The notes: generated by a model from the letters alone, not told the origin. A DNA stretch of 63,630 nt, filler included, from Vannella sp. (GCA_023345925.1; 6 parts of 6 records of this genome joined end to end with filler, not necessarily neighbours in it); one strand, 5' to 3'; positions 11,482 to 22,008 are shown, counted from the whole stretch's first letter. A program made the numbers and translations.

Positions 11482-12440
11482 ATGCCCGCTCAAGAGGTCA
11501 CAGTTCCCCTTGTTGGCGACTATGCCTGCGATGTCAAGGCCGCCCCCGCTCCCCTTGCCCCCCTTGAGGAGGCTCATGATGTGATCTACTTTGTGGAAGA
11601 GCACCCCCGTGCTCGCTTCTGCCGTTCTCTCTTCTCCCTCATTCTCTTCCTGATGCTCGGCTGGTTTGTCGGAAGCCTTGCTGTCTCTGCTTTCGGAATG
11701 GCTGATTCTGATGCGCTCTCTGTGTTGGTGGTAAGTTGCAGAGCTGCCTCGAACGACAGGCTCTTACCAAAGGGTTTAGGAGGGTACCCATGTCAAGTTG
11801 GGCCAAGACGAGGTCGTCGTTGCGGAACTGATCCCCAACGAACTCCAAGTAATTGTTGTGAATATGACTGAAGGTGCTGAGATACCTGAGGGTGTGACTG
11901 CTGCGTTCTTCTCTTGCATCCACGCTGTCTCTCCTCATGTCATTGGATGTGTGTCTCAGTTCGTTGTTCCCACCTTCGAGGAGTGTACGTTTCTAGTAAT
12001 GCGGTAATTGGACACTATTAATCTCGATTTATAGGCTCCAGGTTGGCCACCGAGGAGGTGTCTGGTTTCGACCTCACCGAGCCTCGCTCCATGCCCACTT
12101 GTGGCGTTGCCACCAAGCAAAAGGGTGAGTTCACTCTCTGCTCCTTGGAGCACCCTGTCTTCCTCTCTGTCTGGAACTTGGAAGACAAGCGCAGAACTGT
12201 CGAGATGACCTTCAGCTACGGTACGCTCTCCCACCAAACTACCTCCACCAAACGCTGATCCACTCCGTAGACACTTGCCAAGCTTGTAACGAGATTGAGG
12301 GCGAGTGTGGCTACTATGCTGACTACTGGCAATCCCTGTTCCTGTTCTACACCGTTGCTCTCTTTACCTTCTGCTGTGCCGCTGGTCTTCTTTGTGGATG
12401 CGCCAAGAGACGCCAAGCCTCCTTCCACGAGTGCGACTAA
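11482..12440 (+). CDS. Hypothetical two-TM membrane protein with Cys-containing loop (4 exons)
   Basis: Three GT-AG introns join ORFs 11482, 11798, 12043 and a final exon DTCQACNE...SLFLFYTVALFTFCCAAGLLCGC...ECD*. Confidence 0.7.
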
Positions 12441-12539
12441 TCCCAAATGAATTGTCAAAAATACCAGGAAAACCCCCAACTTCCTGATAAATTTGTTCAC
12501 TTTCGTTCGCTTTCGTCATTTTTCCGCTGGCTGCTTGGC

Positions 12540-13818
12540 ATGGACACGCATTGCTCATGCCGCATGGATAAGTGCTCAAACAACAGATGTACCTGTCATA
12601 GGGGCGGGAGGTCCTGCACATCTCAGGTGAGCATGATCTAGATAGAAACGGGTTGCCACACCGCTCACTGGTGGACAGTGCGAATGTAGTGAATGTTGCA
12701 ACCCGTTCAACACGGTTTTCACACTTGAAAAGAGAGGGTAAGTCTCTCTCTCCTGTCGCGTTCGCGAGCTGATTAGATCAAAAGGGATAAGATCACTTCA
12801 TCTGGACGGCATTTGAGGAGTTCTGGAGCTGAAGAAAATCAGTCCCAGTCGCATGTGACAGTCAGAGTCCACTATCTTGAGCAGACCCAACTGTTCTCGT
12901 TGGGAAGCACTTATCATTTCTGCTTTGGGGAACTGTTGGCAGAAGCGTGTCGATGTTGGTAAGTTTAAAGGGCCCAAGCTGATAGCCTAACACTGTCCCA
13001 GGGGCCTTGCTATAGAATCTCATCATTTTAGTGATCGAGACGGGCAGGAATGGTTGCCATCCATGAGAATTCTAGATGAGCTGTTACCAGAGAAAGATAC
13101 CTGTCGAAGTCCTGCTAGGAAGCAAGCGAAGCTTTCTGCCTCTCCAGGAAGGAAAGTTTTGCATAACTCAGACGCATTTTCAGGCGAAGATGGAATGCCT
13201 TCTGTGTGGCTTATTTGTGGGGCCTCTTCAAGATCTGGAAAGAGCAAAAAAAGAGCATCTGGTGTGGAGCAAACTATTGACGATATCGTTCTGCTGGAGC
13301 CAGAATCAGGGAAAGAGATTCGGCGTATTCCAGCTCGAAAAGCTAGAACACTAGCGAGAGGGCGAAATCGACTTGTGCCTCCCCCCACTTTCTCTGGCAA
13401 AAGGAAGAGCCCCAGGAAATCTCATGCTAATGCTAAGAATATTCCTGTGGAATCAGATTCAGACGCCACAGACACTGAAGTTGGCAAAGAAGAGGACCTG
13501 ACAAACATGCTGTTAATCTCCCAAAATCCCTCAGTTTTGTCGAGAAAGTCCCACGCGAACCTTTTACCCTTCTTCGATGATTACGAGGATTACCTTTCCA
13601 ACGAGCATGATGCTGAAGCAGGGCTTTATCCCATAACCTCTGCAGATGCGTTTGATGGAGTGAGCCTCTCCAGTAAAGCAGCCACTCGCTCCCGAAGAAT
13701 GAAATCAACGAGAACGGGATCGGTTCTGAAGACTTTTCCTTCCTCCTTGGTTCGCCTTCATCGTCCTCTAGACTTTTGCTTGAGTGTTCCAATAACCATC
13801 CCGGCTGGTTGGCTCTGA
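12540..13818 (+). CDS. CXC/CRC (tesmin/TSO1-type) domain protein (at least 4 exons)
   Basis: Spliced N-terminus MDTHCSCRMDKCSNNRCTCHRGGRSCTSQ|CECSECCNPFN fits the CRC spacing; canonical introns connect it in frame to ORF 13054-13818. The 3' end may extend to ~13943. Confidence 0.72.
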
Positions 13819-14236
13819 GGTAGACCTGCTCTACTCCATCAAGAAAGAATAAATCACGCAACCATCAGATGCCACAAAGTAGGTCGTCCATTGCACCGCA
13901 AATGCACAAAGTCACGAGAAGAAGCCAAGAACGACAAATCTGACTTTTGGGGAGTGATGTCCTGTTTCCTCTGTTTTGGATTCTTGTATTATACTTCACT
14001 CCAGACAAACACAAATGACCTAGCTTCTTTCGAGGAGCAACCGTTTTTTGAACTAAACGGGTTCACGGCTCAGTAAACCACGCCCACCACGGTTGAAAAG
14101 TGCCTCTATATTCGAACGGAACCTTTACCAATGAACTTTTAATGTTGTACTCGGTGGTGAATTCGTGCCAAAATATGAACGAAACTTTCGCACCTTCGAA
14201 GGAAGATCATTCTTTGTCAGTAGGTAAGCAATGCAG

Positions 14237-14315
14237 AGGCGGGCGATGATTAGACAAATTGCAATCATCATACTATTGCTGATGACCAATCTACCAAGAT
14301 CTCTGAAGCCCGCCT
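14237..14315 (+). ncRNA. Box C/D snoRNA, U24/SNORD24-like, intronic
   Basis: 8-bp terminal stem AGGCGGGC/GCCCGCCT, C box GCGATGA, C' CTGATGA, D box CTGA (14303-14306). Guide CTACCAAGATCT is complementary to conserved LSU AGAUCUUGGU. It lies in intron 14224-14353. Confidence 0.8.
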
Positions 14316-14417
14316 TCTTCTTCTACTTCTTTCTTGCCTAACATTCTCATCAGAACTCAACGTAACGATCATCCAGTGATCCTCGTTTGTTAAGCTGAGG
14401 TAAGATTCCCACTCCTC

Positions 14418-14498
14418 AGCCAGATGATGAAACACTTTATCTGTCAATCCTCTGATTCACCATGATCGACATATCCTCTAAGAAGTCCTGACATGGCT
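14418..14498 (+). ncRNA. Box C/D snoRNA, dual guide (SNORD110-like D' guide, U61-like D guide), intronic
   Basis: Stem AGCCA/TGGCT and C box ATGATGA. D' guide ATCTGTCAATCCT pairs with SSU AGGAUUGACAGAU; D guide TCCTCTAAGAAGT pairs with SSU ACUUCUUAGAGG. It lies in intron 14400-14535. Confidence 0.88.
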
Positions 14499-14608
14499 TT
14501 GTCACTCTCCCCTTCCCTTCTCACCTTCGTTGTAGATACCACTTGACATCATAGCATGAATAAATCCACGTTTATGTACCCATTTGTGTCCCTCTTCCAC
14601 CCTTGGTC

Positions 14609-15022
14609 ATGCTCCCTGGCCGAGCACAGACCACAAGGAACCCCTTCCTTCAAGGCACAAACGATCATAAGATCGGGATGGCCTTCACGTACATCGCGAT
14701 GAGTTCCTGCCAAGAACCTGCAGGAGCTTTGCAGCGCTGCGCGGCATTACACAAGATCGCACCAGAGGATGATCAAGGCATCCTGAGGAAGTGCAAGAAG
14801 GAAGTTGAAAGTGTGAACACCTGTTTTGAATCAGTTAACCACGACGAAGTGTGGGAGAACCTCACCGCCATCTCCGCGCAGTCCTGTCCCGACGAGTTCG
14901 CTCGCTTCAAGGCCTGTTCAGATCACAACGAAGGAGATCCCTCCCCTTGCTCATACGAGTTCATTCGCACTCTTGCTTGTGGGTCCAGCGCTATCCTCGG
15001 CTCCCTGCAACGACCAAGTTAG
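14609..15022 (+). CDS. Quadruple CX9C (CHCH) mitochondrial intermembrane-space protein, NDUFA8/CHCHD5-like
   Basis: Four exact CX9C motifs: CQEPAGALQRC, CKKEVESVNTC, CPDEFARFKAC, CSYEFIRTLAC. Confidence 0.75.
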   Translation: MLPGRAQTTRNPFLQGTNDHKIGMAFTYIAMSSCQEPAGALQRCAALHKIAPEDDQGILRKCKKEVESVNTCFESVNHDEVWENLTAISAQSCPDEFARFKACSDHNEGDPSPCSYEFIRTLACGSSAILGSLQRPS

Positions 15023-15125
15023 CTCAAACTGATAAACTTGTGCAACCATGGGATGAACCAGGTATGTTGGAGGGACCTTGTTTGTGGATGAAGGGGACCT
15101 CTTCAAGGGGTCTTTTGTTGGGAGG

Positions 15126-17206
15126 ATGGCGACCACGGACATGATTGCTTCTCCTACTTGGGCGAGAGAGCCAAATGTGAGCTCAATGGAGGCTTATCGA
15201 AAGGAGTACGAGGTAATCTTGGAGTGGGAGCTTGCTGGTTCTCTTTTGGGCTTACAAGAGCTTGGGTAGGAGAGTATCCAAGACCCGGAGGCTTATTGGT
15301 CGAAGGTTGGACGCGAAGCTCTTCATTGGGAGCAACCAGTACGTTTCTTTATTATGCTCTCGCATGTGTGAGTCCTGACGTGGCCTGGGAACGGCTGTAG
15401 TTCGAGAAAGCAATGGGAGGGTCGTTTGCGGAAGGCACCGCCACTTGGTTCAAGGGAGGACAGCTCAATGTAAGCGTCAACTGCTTAGACCGACACTTGT
15501 CTACAAAGGCAGATCATCCTGCTTTCATCTGGGAGTCAGACGAGCTCGGAAAGGGCCAAACGATCACTTTTAGAGAGGTCCATGAGCAGGTTTGCCGCTT
15601 GGCCAACGTCCTACGCCACTCTGGCGTACAGAAAGGAGACCGAGTGGCTATCTACATGCCAATGGTACCTGAGGCTGCTTACGCTATGCTCGCATGCACG
15701 CGATTGGGGGCGATTCACTCCGTTGTCTTTGCTGGATTCTCTGCAGAGGCCCTCCGCTCTCGCATTCTCGATGCCGATTGCCGGGTTCTTCTTACAGCTA
15801 ACGTGGGACTTCGTGGAGGTCGCGCTATCCCCCTGAAGAGCACCGTGGACGAGGCATTGAAAGGGTGTCCCAACCTCCACACCGTCCTGGTGTACCGCCA
15901 TGCCCACCACAGCGGAGGGGAAGTTCCTATGAAGGAGGGGAGGGACCGTGACCTTCGTGAGGAGATGGAGAAGCAAGACACGAACTGCCCACCCGTTCCT
16001 GTAGACGCCGAGGATCCCATGTTCATGCTGTACACCTCAGGGAGCACAGGAAAGCCCAAAGGACTCGTCCACACAACAGGAGGATACCTGGCCTACGCAG
16101 CACACACAAGCAGACTCGTCTGGGACTTACATTCGGACGACCGTTTCGCATGTGTGGCCGATGTTGGCTGGGTCACAGGCCACACGTACGTAGTGTATGG
16201 TCCTCTTCTCAACGGAGTGACAAGCGTGATCTTTGAGAGCGTGCCAACCTATCCTAACAACAGCCGCTACTGGCAAATGATCCAAGATCACAAGATCACA
16301 CAATTCTACACCGCTCCCACCGCCATCCGCACACTAATGGCTGCTGGAGACCAGCCTTTGGAAGGGTTTGATCGCTCTTCTCTTCGTATCTTGGGGAGCG
16401 TTGGGGAACCAATCAATCCTGAAGCGTGGCGTTGGTATTTCAATATTGTCGGCCAAGGCCGCTGTGCCATCGTCGATTCGTGGTTCCAGACAGAGACAGG
16501 AGGCATTTGCATCTGTCCTTTACCTGGTGTCACTCCAATGAAGGCGGGGTCCGCTACTTTGCCCTTCTTTGGACAAAAGCCGCTCCTCCTCGACCCCACC
16601 ACGGCCGCTGTTATCGAGGGGCCGGGAGAGGGTCTCCTTGTTTTAGGGCAAGCTTGGCCGGGACTAGCTCGTACTATCTATGGCGACCACGACCGCTATA
16701 AGGCAACTTACATGGAACACTATCCCGGATTCTACTTCACTGGAGACGGCGCTCGCCGGGATGATGATGGCTACATCTGGGTAACAGGACGTGTTGATGA
16801 TGTCATCAACAAGTGTGGCCACCGTCTTGGCACCGCCGAGATTGAAAGTGCGTTAGTCACTCACCCTGCTTGTGCAGAGGCTGCTGTCGTTGCTATCCCA
16901 GACGACGTACGTGGGCAAGCTATTGTAGCCTTTGTCATCCTCCGTGAAGGCTTCCAAAGCTCGGCAGAGCTCTCCCAAGCTCTCAAAATGCAAGTCCGTC
17001 AAGAGATTGGAGGTCTCGCCGTGCCTGACTGGCTCCTCATTGTCCCCGGCCTTCCCAAAACTCGCTCCGGAAAGATCATGCGCCGTATCTTGCGCAAATT
17101 AGCTGAAAACGAGGCCAACCAACTTGGTGACATCTCGACTTTGGCAGATCCCGACATTGTCGCCCTCCTTATCACCCAAACCCGTTTGGAGATGCATTTT
17201 AAGTGA
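15126..17206 (+). CDS. ACS: Acetyl-CoA synthetase (3 exons)
   Basis: AMP-binding LYTSGSTGKPKG, SVGEPINPEAW and PKTRSGKIMRR motifs; two 5' introns add MATTD...YE|ESIQDPEAYW...QP. Confidence 0.96.
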
Positions 17207-17287
17207 GAGTGCGATAAAGCAGCTTATGGGCATTCATGAGCATCAAAGGGGACATTATTTGAAGGCTCTTCGAGAGGGTCTGGAGGG

Positions 17288-17739
17288 ATGGAGGAGAAAC
17301 CGCCCATCTATTCGCCCTTCCGTGCTGCTCAGCGCAAGTTTGTGCATAAGAGGGCGTTTACGTATGGCTTTGCGGGGGTCTTTGTGACTGCTGGGGTACG
17401 TGGGAGTGGGATGGGGGAGATGGATCGGCTGATGGAGGTAGTTGGCGGGGTCAGCCTTTGCTAAGCGGCCTCTTTACGCTGCTGTAGGGACAGCAAGTGG
17501 TCTAGGACTCATTGCCAGCCAACAGTTCGTTACCTCTTACCCAGAAGTTGGCTTTGCCACTGCGATCGGTACATTCTCCCTCTCCCCAGCCTCCCTCGTA
17601 CTCACAACACCCTCCAGGCTTCTCCACCTTTGCCACCATGAAGATGCTCTCAGAGTTCCGCCAAACAAACGCTCTCCCAGCGAAGATCGGGATCGCACTG
17701 GCAGGTCTTGCCACAGCCTATCACCTCTCTCAAATATAA
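17288..17739 (+). CDS. TMEM14/FAX-like small membrane protein (3 exons)
   Basis: Spliced ...YGFAGVFVTAG|LAGSAFAKRPLYAAVGTASGLGL...|FATMKMLSEFRQTNALPAKIGIALAGLATAYHL has the TMEM14 topology and the M..RF...PA motif. Confidence 0.7.
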
Positions 17740-18096
17740 GCTTTCTCCTCCCTCCCACTCGCCCAAACCCCCGCCCGAACCATAATGTCTTTGGTGTGAG
17801 GGCAGGAGTCGGGGGAGGGGGACGACCTCAAGGGAGTACCTTAACCGTTCGAGCCTTGGTGCTTGTGGTGAACTGAACAACCGGCGGCTGCTCGAGAGAG
17901 TGGTAACCACCGTTCTTGAACCGAAGAGCAGAGCGAGAACCACAGAAAAGGAGCCGGTATCTCCCTCTTCGCGCTTTTCCGTTCGAAGTTGGGTCGATTG
18001 GCACCAACAGACCTTCCCTTTCACACTCTAACACTCCTCTTCACGATAAGTAGAAGCCTTTATGTACGGACGAGTGATCAGAGAGCGACGAAGAGC

Positions 18097-21000
18097 TCAA
18101 TCGTAGTCACAAAGTGAAGTCATTTGGAAGCATTCACGGCAAGCCAGTTCTGGAATGCAGGGTTGGTGATAAGCGTGGCCACAAGAGAACACAATCACAG
18201 AGGAAGGTACTTCCTTCAGTGGCAACGCGCATCCGGGGCAGGTGCCCAAAACCACACGAGTGGGAACGCCCCAATGATTGTGTGATTCCTCGTAGTAACG
18301 CGGGAGAGGTTGCGAGTTATCTACATCAGAGAATCGGACCATCCCTGACGCTATCTCCTTCTCCAGACAGTATTGTAGCTGCGGCGCAACGTGCTGAGAG
18401 CGCTGGCCCCACAAGTGAGTATTGAGTAATTCTAGAAGCTTGGGGAGGATCATCTCTTGCTGCACAGAGAGCTTCCCCACGTTTAGCAGCTCCGAATACA
18501 CCTGTGAAGGGAGCCGTTGTGAAAATTGGGGCGACTTTTGAAGGAGCTGAACGCTATCTTCACTGCCGAGGTTCTGAAGGAGGAACGCCACTACTCGCTG
18601 CTTTGTGAGGATGCGGTTGGAGTTGGATTGGTCCACATCATTCCATTGGAGGAGAAGAGAGCTCCAGTCATCCCTTGTCAGACGACGAGCCAAGTGTTCG
18701 AGGGCTGTGACATCGTCAGTATGGAGAAGAAGCCCGATGGCCTTCTCGTATGTGCAATGGTCGTCTTCATATAACCAGAGAAGGCCTGGTAAGAACCCGC
18801 GGCGCAGGCAAAGGTCAATAGCCTTTTGTCGGTTGTAGGCATATTCACTAGGATGAGACAGAACGTTCATAATCGGCTCCTTTCGGCCCCACGGGTACAA
18901 TTGCATCCTAAATTTCGGTACCAAACACTCTGCGGAAGGGTCTTCAAAGATATCTTGGGGTAAGGCACCTTCATGCAGCATAGATTGGTCAAGATAATGG
19001 AATGTGAGCTCCTGGTTCCCCAGAAGACCAGACCTTTTGCGCCAAAGATCCTCGACATACTCAAAGAAGAGCTTGCGAGAGCGATGAACGTCGAGCTTGG
19101 AAGAAGCCAAGAACGGCTCACTCTCCAAATACTCATAAATCGATACGGGTCGGAGAGCTGGATACATGCGAGTCAGAAGGGACTGAACAGCATCGCGCTT
19201 CTCTGGGGCCGCCAATAGTTTAGGCAAGAAGGAAAGAGTGAATCCCAAGTCCCGACGGGCGGAGATCCATCCCACAGCGGATGCGATGTCTGCCACCCGG
19301 AAATGTTCTTTTAAGCGCTGGTTTTGGGTTCTCCGCTCCTTCCACGCAGTGACATTGATTGTGAGAGAAGCAGTTTCTTCTGATTGTTCCTGTAATAGGA
19401 AGGCGACGGATTGGCGGTGTTTCTTCATGTTGGCCTGGCAGAAGGCACGAGAGATGAGGAAATAGCCGGCATGACGCTGCAGAAAAACCAATCCCTCTTC
19501 GTCCGACCAAGAACCAGGTCCTGTGGAGGCATCCTGCGGGGAGCCGTTGATGTTATGCTCGTAGCAGAGGCTCACTAAGAGCTGGAGAGCTCTCAGAGTG
19601 CTGTTTGGTGGCTCAGCAGGGTTAAAAGAAGCCATCCAAGAGGATAAGCATTGCCTCAATGGAGGAGGGAAAGATATTTCGTTCGGGCCTTGGGGTAGGA
19701 AGGCTCCCGTTGTAGAGGCAGAAGCAATATAGGATGAAACGTCAACCAGTTGAGCCACTTCTTGAACACATGACTGTGTTACCTTGTCCTCTCCGCTTCC
19801 GTACGACACCAGCTGATGCGGGTCGATCGGTTTGTCCTGATCTTCATTGGGAATGGGAAGGCTCTCTTCGTGTGCTATCAGAGCTTCCTTTGGCTCCTCT
19901 TGTGAAGTCATAACCCCAGCAAAGTCCAAAACCGCCAAAGGTGCAACCACCTTTTCAGTGAGCTGCCTGAATTGGCTAAAGTATCCCGAAATCGCTTCAC
20001 CCTTGGTTTCACCATCGGATGGGCCAGATCTTAGAAGCGAGGCAGTTAGCCCTGCAAAGTCTAATTTCTGTTCTGGCTCTGGTTTGGGTGCAGGAGGAGG
20101 AAGGCCGTTTGCAGCGGGTGCATCGGCTTTGAGCTTTGGGGGAGCAATATCAACTAGTCTGGGTGTACCTTTGAGCTTCGTACGCTTCTTTGAGGGTAAG
20201 TTGGTAGGCTTCTTCTTTCTACGGCGCTTCTTGCTCCCAGGTTCGGTCACCACTTGATACATTAACTTGACTTCTGCTTCCTCGTAGGTCCCTTCTGCCT
20301 CTTCTACCGGAATTCCTGCACCAGTAGGCGTATCAACCGCTCTATTTGCGGCTGGAGATGAAGGCGCTGTACCACCTTGCACAGAGGTCAGATGGGCCTT
20401 GCGCCGCTTCTCGTCCTCTTCAATTCGTTTCAGTTCTAATTTCTCCACCTGTTTGCGCCTGTCATCTTCTTCCTTTTGTCTCTGCAGTTGCTCGTCCTTT
20501 CGGCGCTGTTCTTCTTCTTTTCGTTTGCGCAACCTTTCAGCCTCTTCAGCTTGCCGTTTCTTCTCTGCAGCTTCCAATCGAACCAATTCGGCGTGTTCCT
20601 TTGCATGTCGTTCTAATTCCAACTGTTTCTTTCGTGCCGTCTCTTCCTCTTGAAGTTCCCGTTCATGTTCAAGTCGAAGTCTGTCGGCTAAGGCGGTAGC
20701 TTCGTCCTCCATTCGTTTCCGCTCCATTCGCTGAGCACGTTCGAACTCCACTTTAACTAAGAGGCCTCTGACGGCTACTAAAATGTTCTCTTCCTCTTCT
20801 GTACGCTGTTCGTATTGGGAAATAGCTGTAGCCAACCCCAAGAGGGCTGTTTCATCCTGGCTCCCCGCTGTCCCTGCTAAACGAGCGCATTTGAACCAAA
20901 GATCTCGCTGCTCGGCTGTGGGAGCGCCTTTTGTGTCCGCAGAGAGCTTCTTGTAGAGGTCCTGTGACTGTGCGGCAGGACCAAGCGGGTCCAAACGGTA

Positions 21001-22008
21001 AACTATCGCATTCGCACTCGACCCTGCTTGCCCCTGAAGTAGAAATATGACATCAGGAAGGACGACAAGCTGCAAAGGGTTCACATCGACGTGCCACTCG
21101 TGCACGCTGTCGGTCTGGGGGTCAAAAATGATAATACAGCTTTCGTCCCAGCAAACAACATAGTCACTGAACCGCTCCAGCCTGCGTAGCTGAATCCCTG
21201 TCCACTTGGTGATCTTATCACCAGGTAGATTGTAGCGGCTCAGCAACGTTGTGTTGGCTGTTGCCATCAGAGTGTCCTTTAACTGCAATGTCGCGAGAAC
21301 CTGAGACGTCTCGCAGTCAGCTACCCACAAGTTCTTGCTAGGCCGTGAAGCTAGAAGCTTTCCGTCCTCTGTAGGGTGAAAGCAAGCCCCAAAGTCCCCA
21401 TTCCGAGGCTTCGTCCCCACTTTGGAGGCGCGGCCTTTCTCAAAGTCCACTAGATACACCTGTGTCTTTGAGGAGATGAGCAGTTGCTTGTCTGAGCGAC
21501 AGTCCAGCTGGTAAACAGGCGAGTTGCACTCGTACAAGTGCGTAGTCTTCTGAACCAGTTTGCGCGCGTCTGTGAGGTAAACCTGTCCTGCAGAGTCTCC
21601 GCTATAAAGCTTGATCGTCCCGTTCCCTTCTGGACTCCATCGTAGCACGGAGAGGGGCGCCTTGTGCTCCACCATCTTGAGAAGGACGCGCTCCTTCTGC
21701 GAGCGGTCGGCGATGTTGAGCCGTAGTAGATAGACGGTGGACTTGCTAGATGCTATGGCGAGGATGTCATCGTCTACTGGATGAAGCTGTAGAAGGGCGA
21801 CGGGATCAGGCAGCTCAGGATTGGAGATAAGACGGAGCATCTCCATGTTGGATCTGCTAAAGACGTAAAGTGATCCCGTGTTCGCTCCACATACAAGGTA
21901 GTTGTTAGAGGCAGCTATTGCAGTGTACTTGATGCGTGCAGATGACACAGCGTTCGCCACAGACTCGAACTTTCTGGCGGACAGAACCATCCTTGGCGCC
22001 GCCGCCAT
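18097..22008 (-). CDS. HPS5: HPS5/TECPR2-like WD40 protein with C-terminal RING (BLOC-2 subunit candidate)
   Basis: Single 1303 aa ORF; VGTKPRNGDFGACF...LLASRP...LWVAD is the HPS5/TECPR2 motif; C-terminus HWG...CPGC...FSCGHAYHQPC...CREC. Confidence 0.8.
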   Translation of the reverse strand: MAAAPRMVLSARKFESVANAVSSARIKYTAIAASNNYLVCGANTGSLYVFSRSNMEMLRLISNPELPDPVALLQLHPVDDDILAIASSKSTVYLLRLNIADRSQKERVLLKMVEHKAPLSVLRWSPEGNGTIKLYSGDSAGQVYLTDARKLVQKTTHLYECNSPVYQLDCRSDKQLLISSKTQVYLVDFEKGRASKVGTKPRNGDFGACFHPTEDGKLLASRPSKNLWVADCETSQVLATLQLKDTLMATANTTLLSRYNLPGDKITKWTGIQLRRLERFSDYVVCWDESCIIIFDPQTDSVHEWHVDVNPLQLVVLPDVIFLLQGQAGSSANAIVYRLDPLGPAAQSQDLYKKLSADTKGAPTAEQRDLWFKCARLAGTAGSQDETALLGLATAISQYEQRTEEEENILVAVRGLLVKVEFERAQRMERKRMEDEATALADRLRLEHERELQEEETARKKQLELERHAKEHAELVRLEAAEKKRQAEEAERLRKRKEEEQRRKDEQLQRQKEEDDRRKQVEKLELKRIEEDEKRRKAHLTSVQGGTAPSSPAANRAVDTPTGAGIPVEEAEGTYEEAEVKLMYQVVTEPGSKKRRRKKKPTNLPSKKRTKLKGTPRLVDIAPPKLKADAPAANGLPPPAPKPEPEQKLDFAGLTASLLRSGPSDGETKGEAISGYFSQFRQLTEKVVAPLAVLDFAGVMTSQEEPKEALIAHEESLPIPNEDQDKPIDPHQLVSYGSGEDKVTQSCVQEVAQLVDVSSYIASASTTGAFLPQGPNEISFPPPLRQCLSSWMASFNPAEPPNSTLRALQLLVSLCYEHNINGSPQDASTGPGSWSDEEGLVFLQRHAGYFLISRAFCQANMKKHRQSVAFLLQEQSEETASLTINVTAWKERRTQNQRLKEHFRVADIASAVGWISARRDLGFTLSFLPKLLAAPEKRDAVQSLLTRMYPALRPVSIYEYLESEPFLASSKLDVHRSRKLFFEYVEDLWRKRSGLLGNQELTFHYLDQSMLHEGALPQDIFEDPSAECLVPKFRMQLYPWGRKEPIMNVLSHPSEYAYNRQKAIDLCLRRGFLPGLLWLYEDDHCTYEKAIGLLLHTDDVTALEHLARRLTRDDWSSLLLQWNDVDQSNSNRILTKQRVVAFLLQNLGSEDSVQLLQKSPQFSQRLPSQVYSELLNVGKLSVQQEMILPKLLELLNTHLWGQRSQHVAPQLQYCLEKEIASGMVRFSDVDNSQPLPRYYEESHNHWGVPTRVVLGTCPGCALPLKEVPSSVIVFSCGHAYHQPCIPELACRECFQMTSLCDYD

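Noticed and set aside
14059..14126. tRNA-like or U4/U5-like sequence upstream of the snoRNA host
   Set aside because: GGCTCAGT and TTCGAA are present but no T-arm or anticodon stem forms; the U5 loop and Sm site do not match.
17780..18030. RNase P RNA on the minus strand (GGGAAGGTCTG)
   Set aside because: No proper CR-V partner for P4 was found; an Infernal search would settle it.
18097..22008. 3.9-kb intronless gene as a retrocopy or HGT
   Set aside because: Other native genes here also have 1.8-2.9 kb exons and the protein is a typical eukaryotic trafficking factor.
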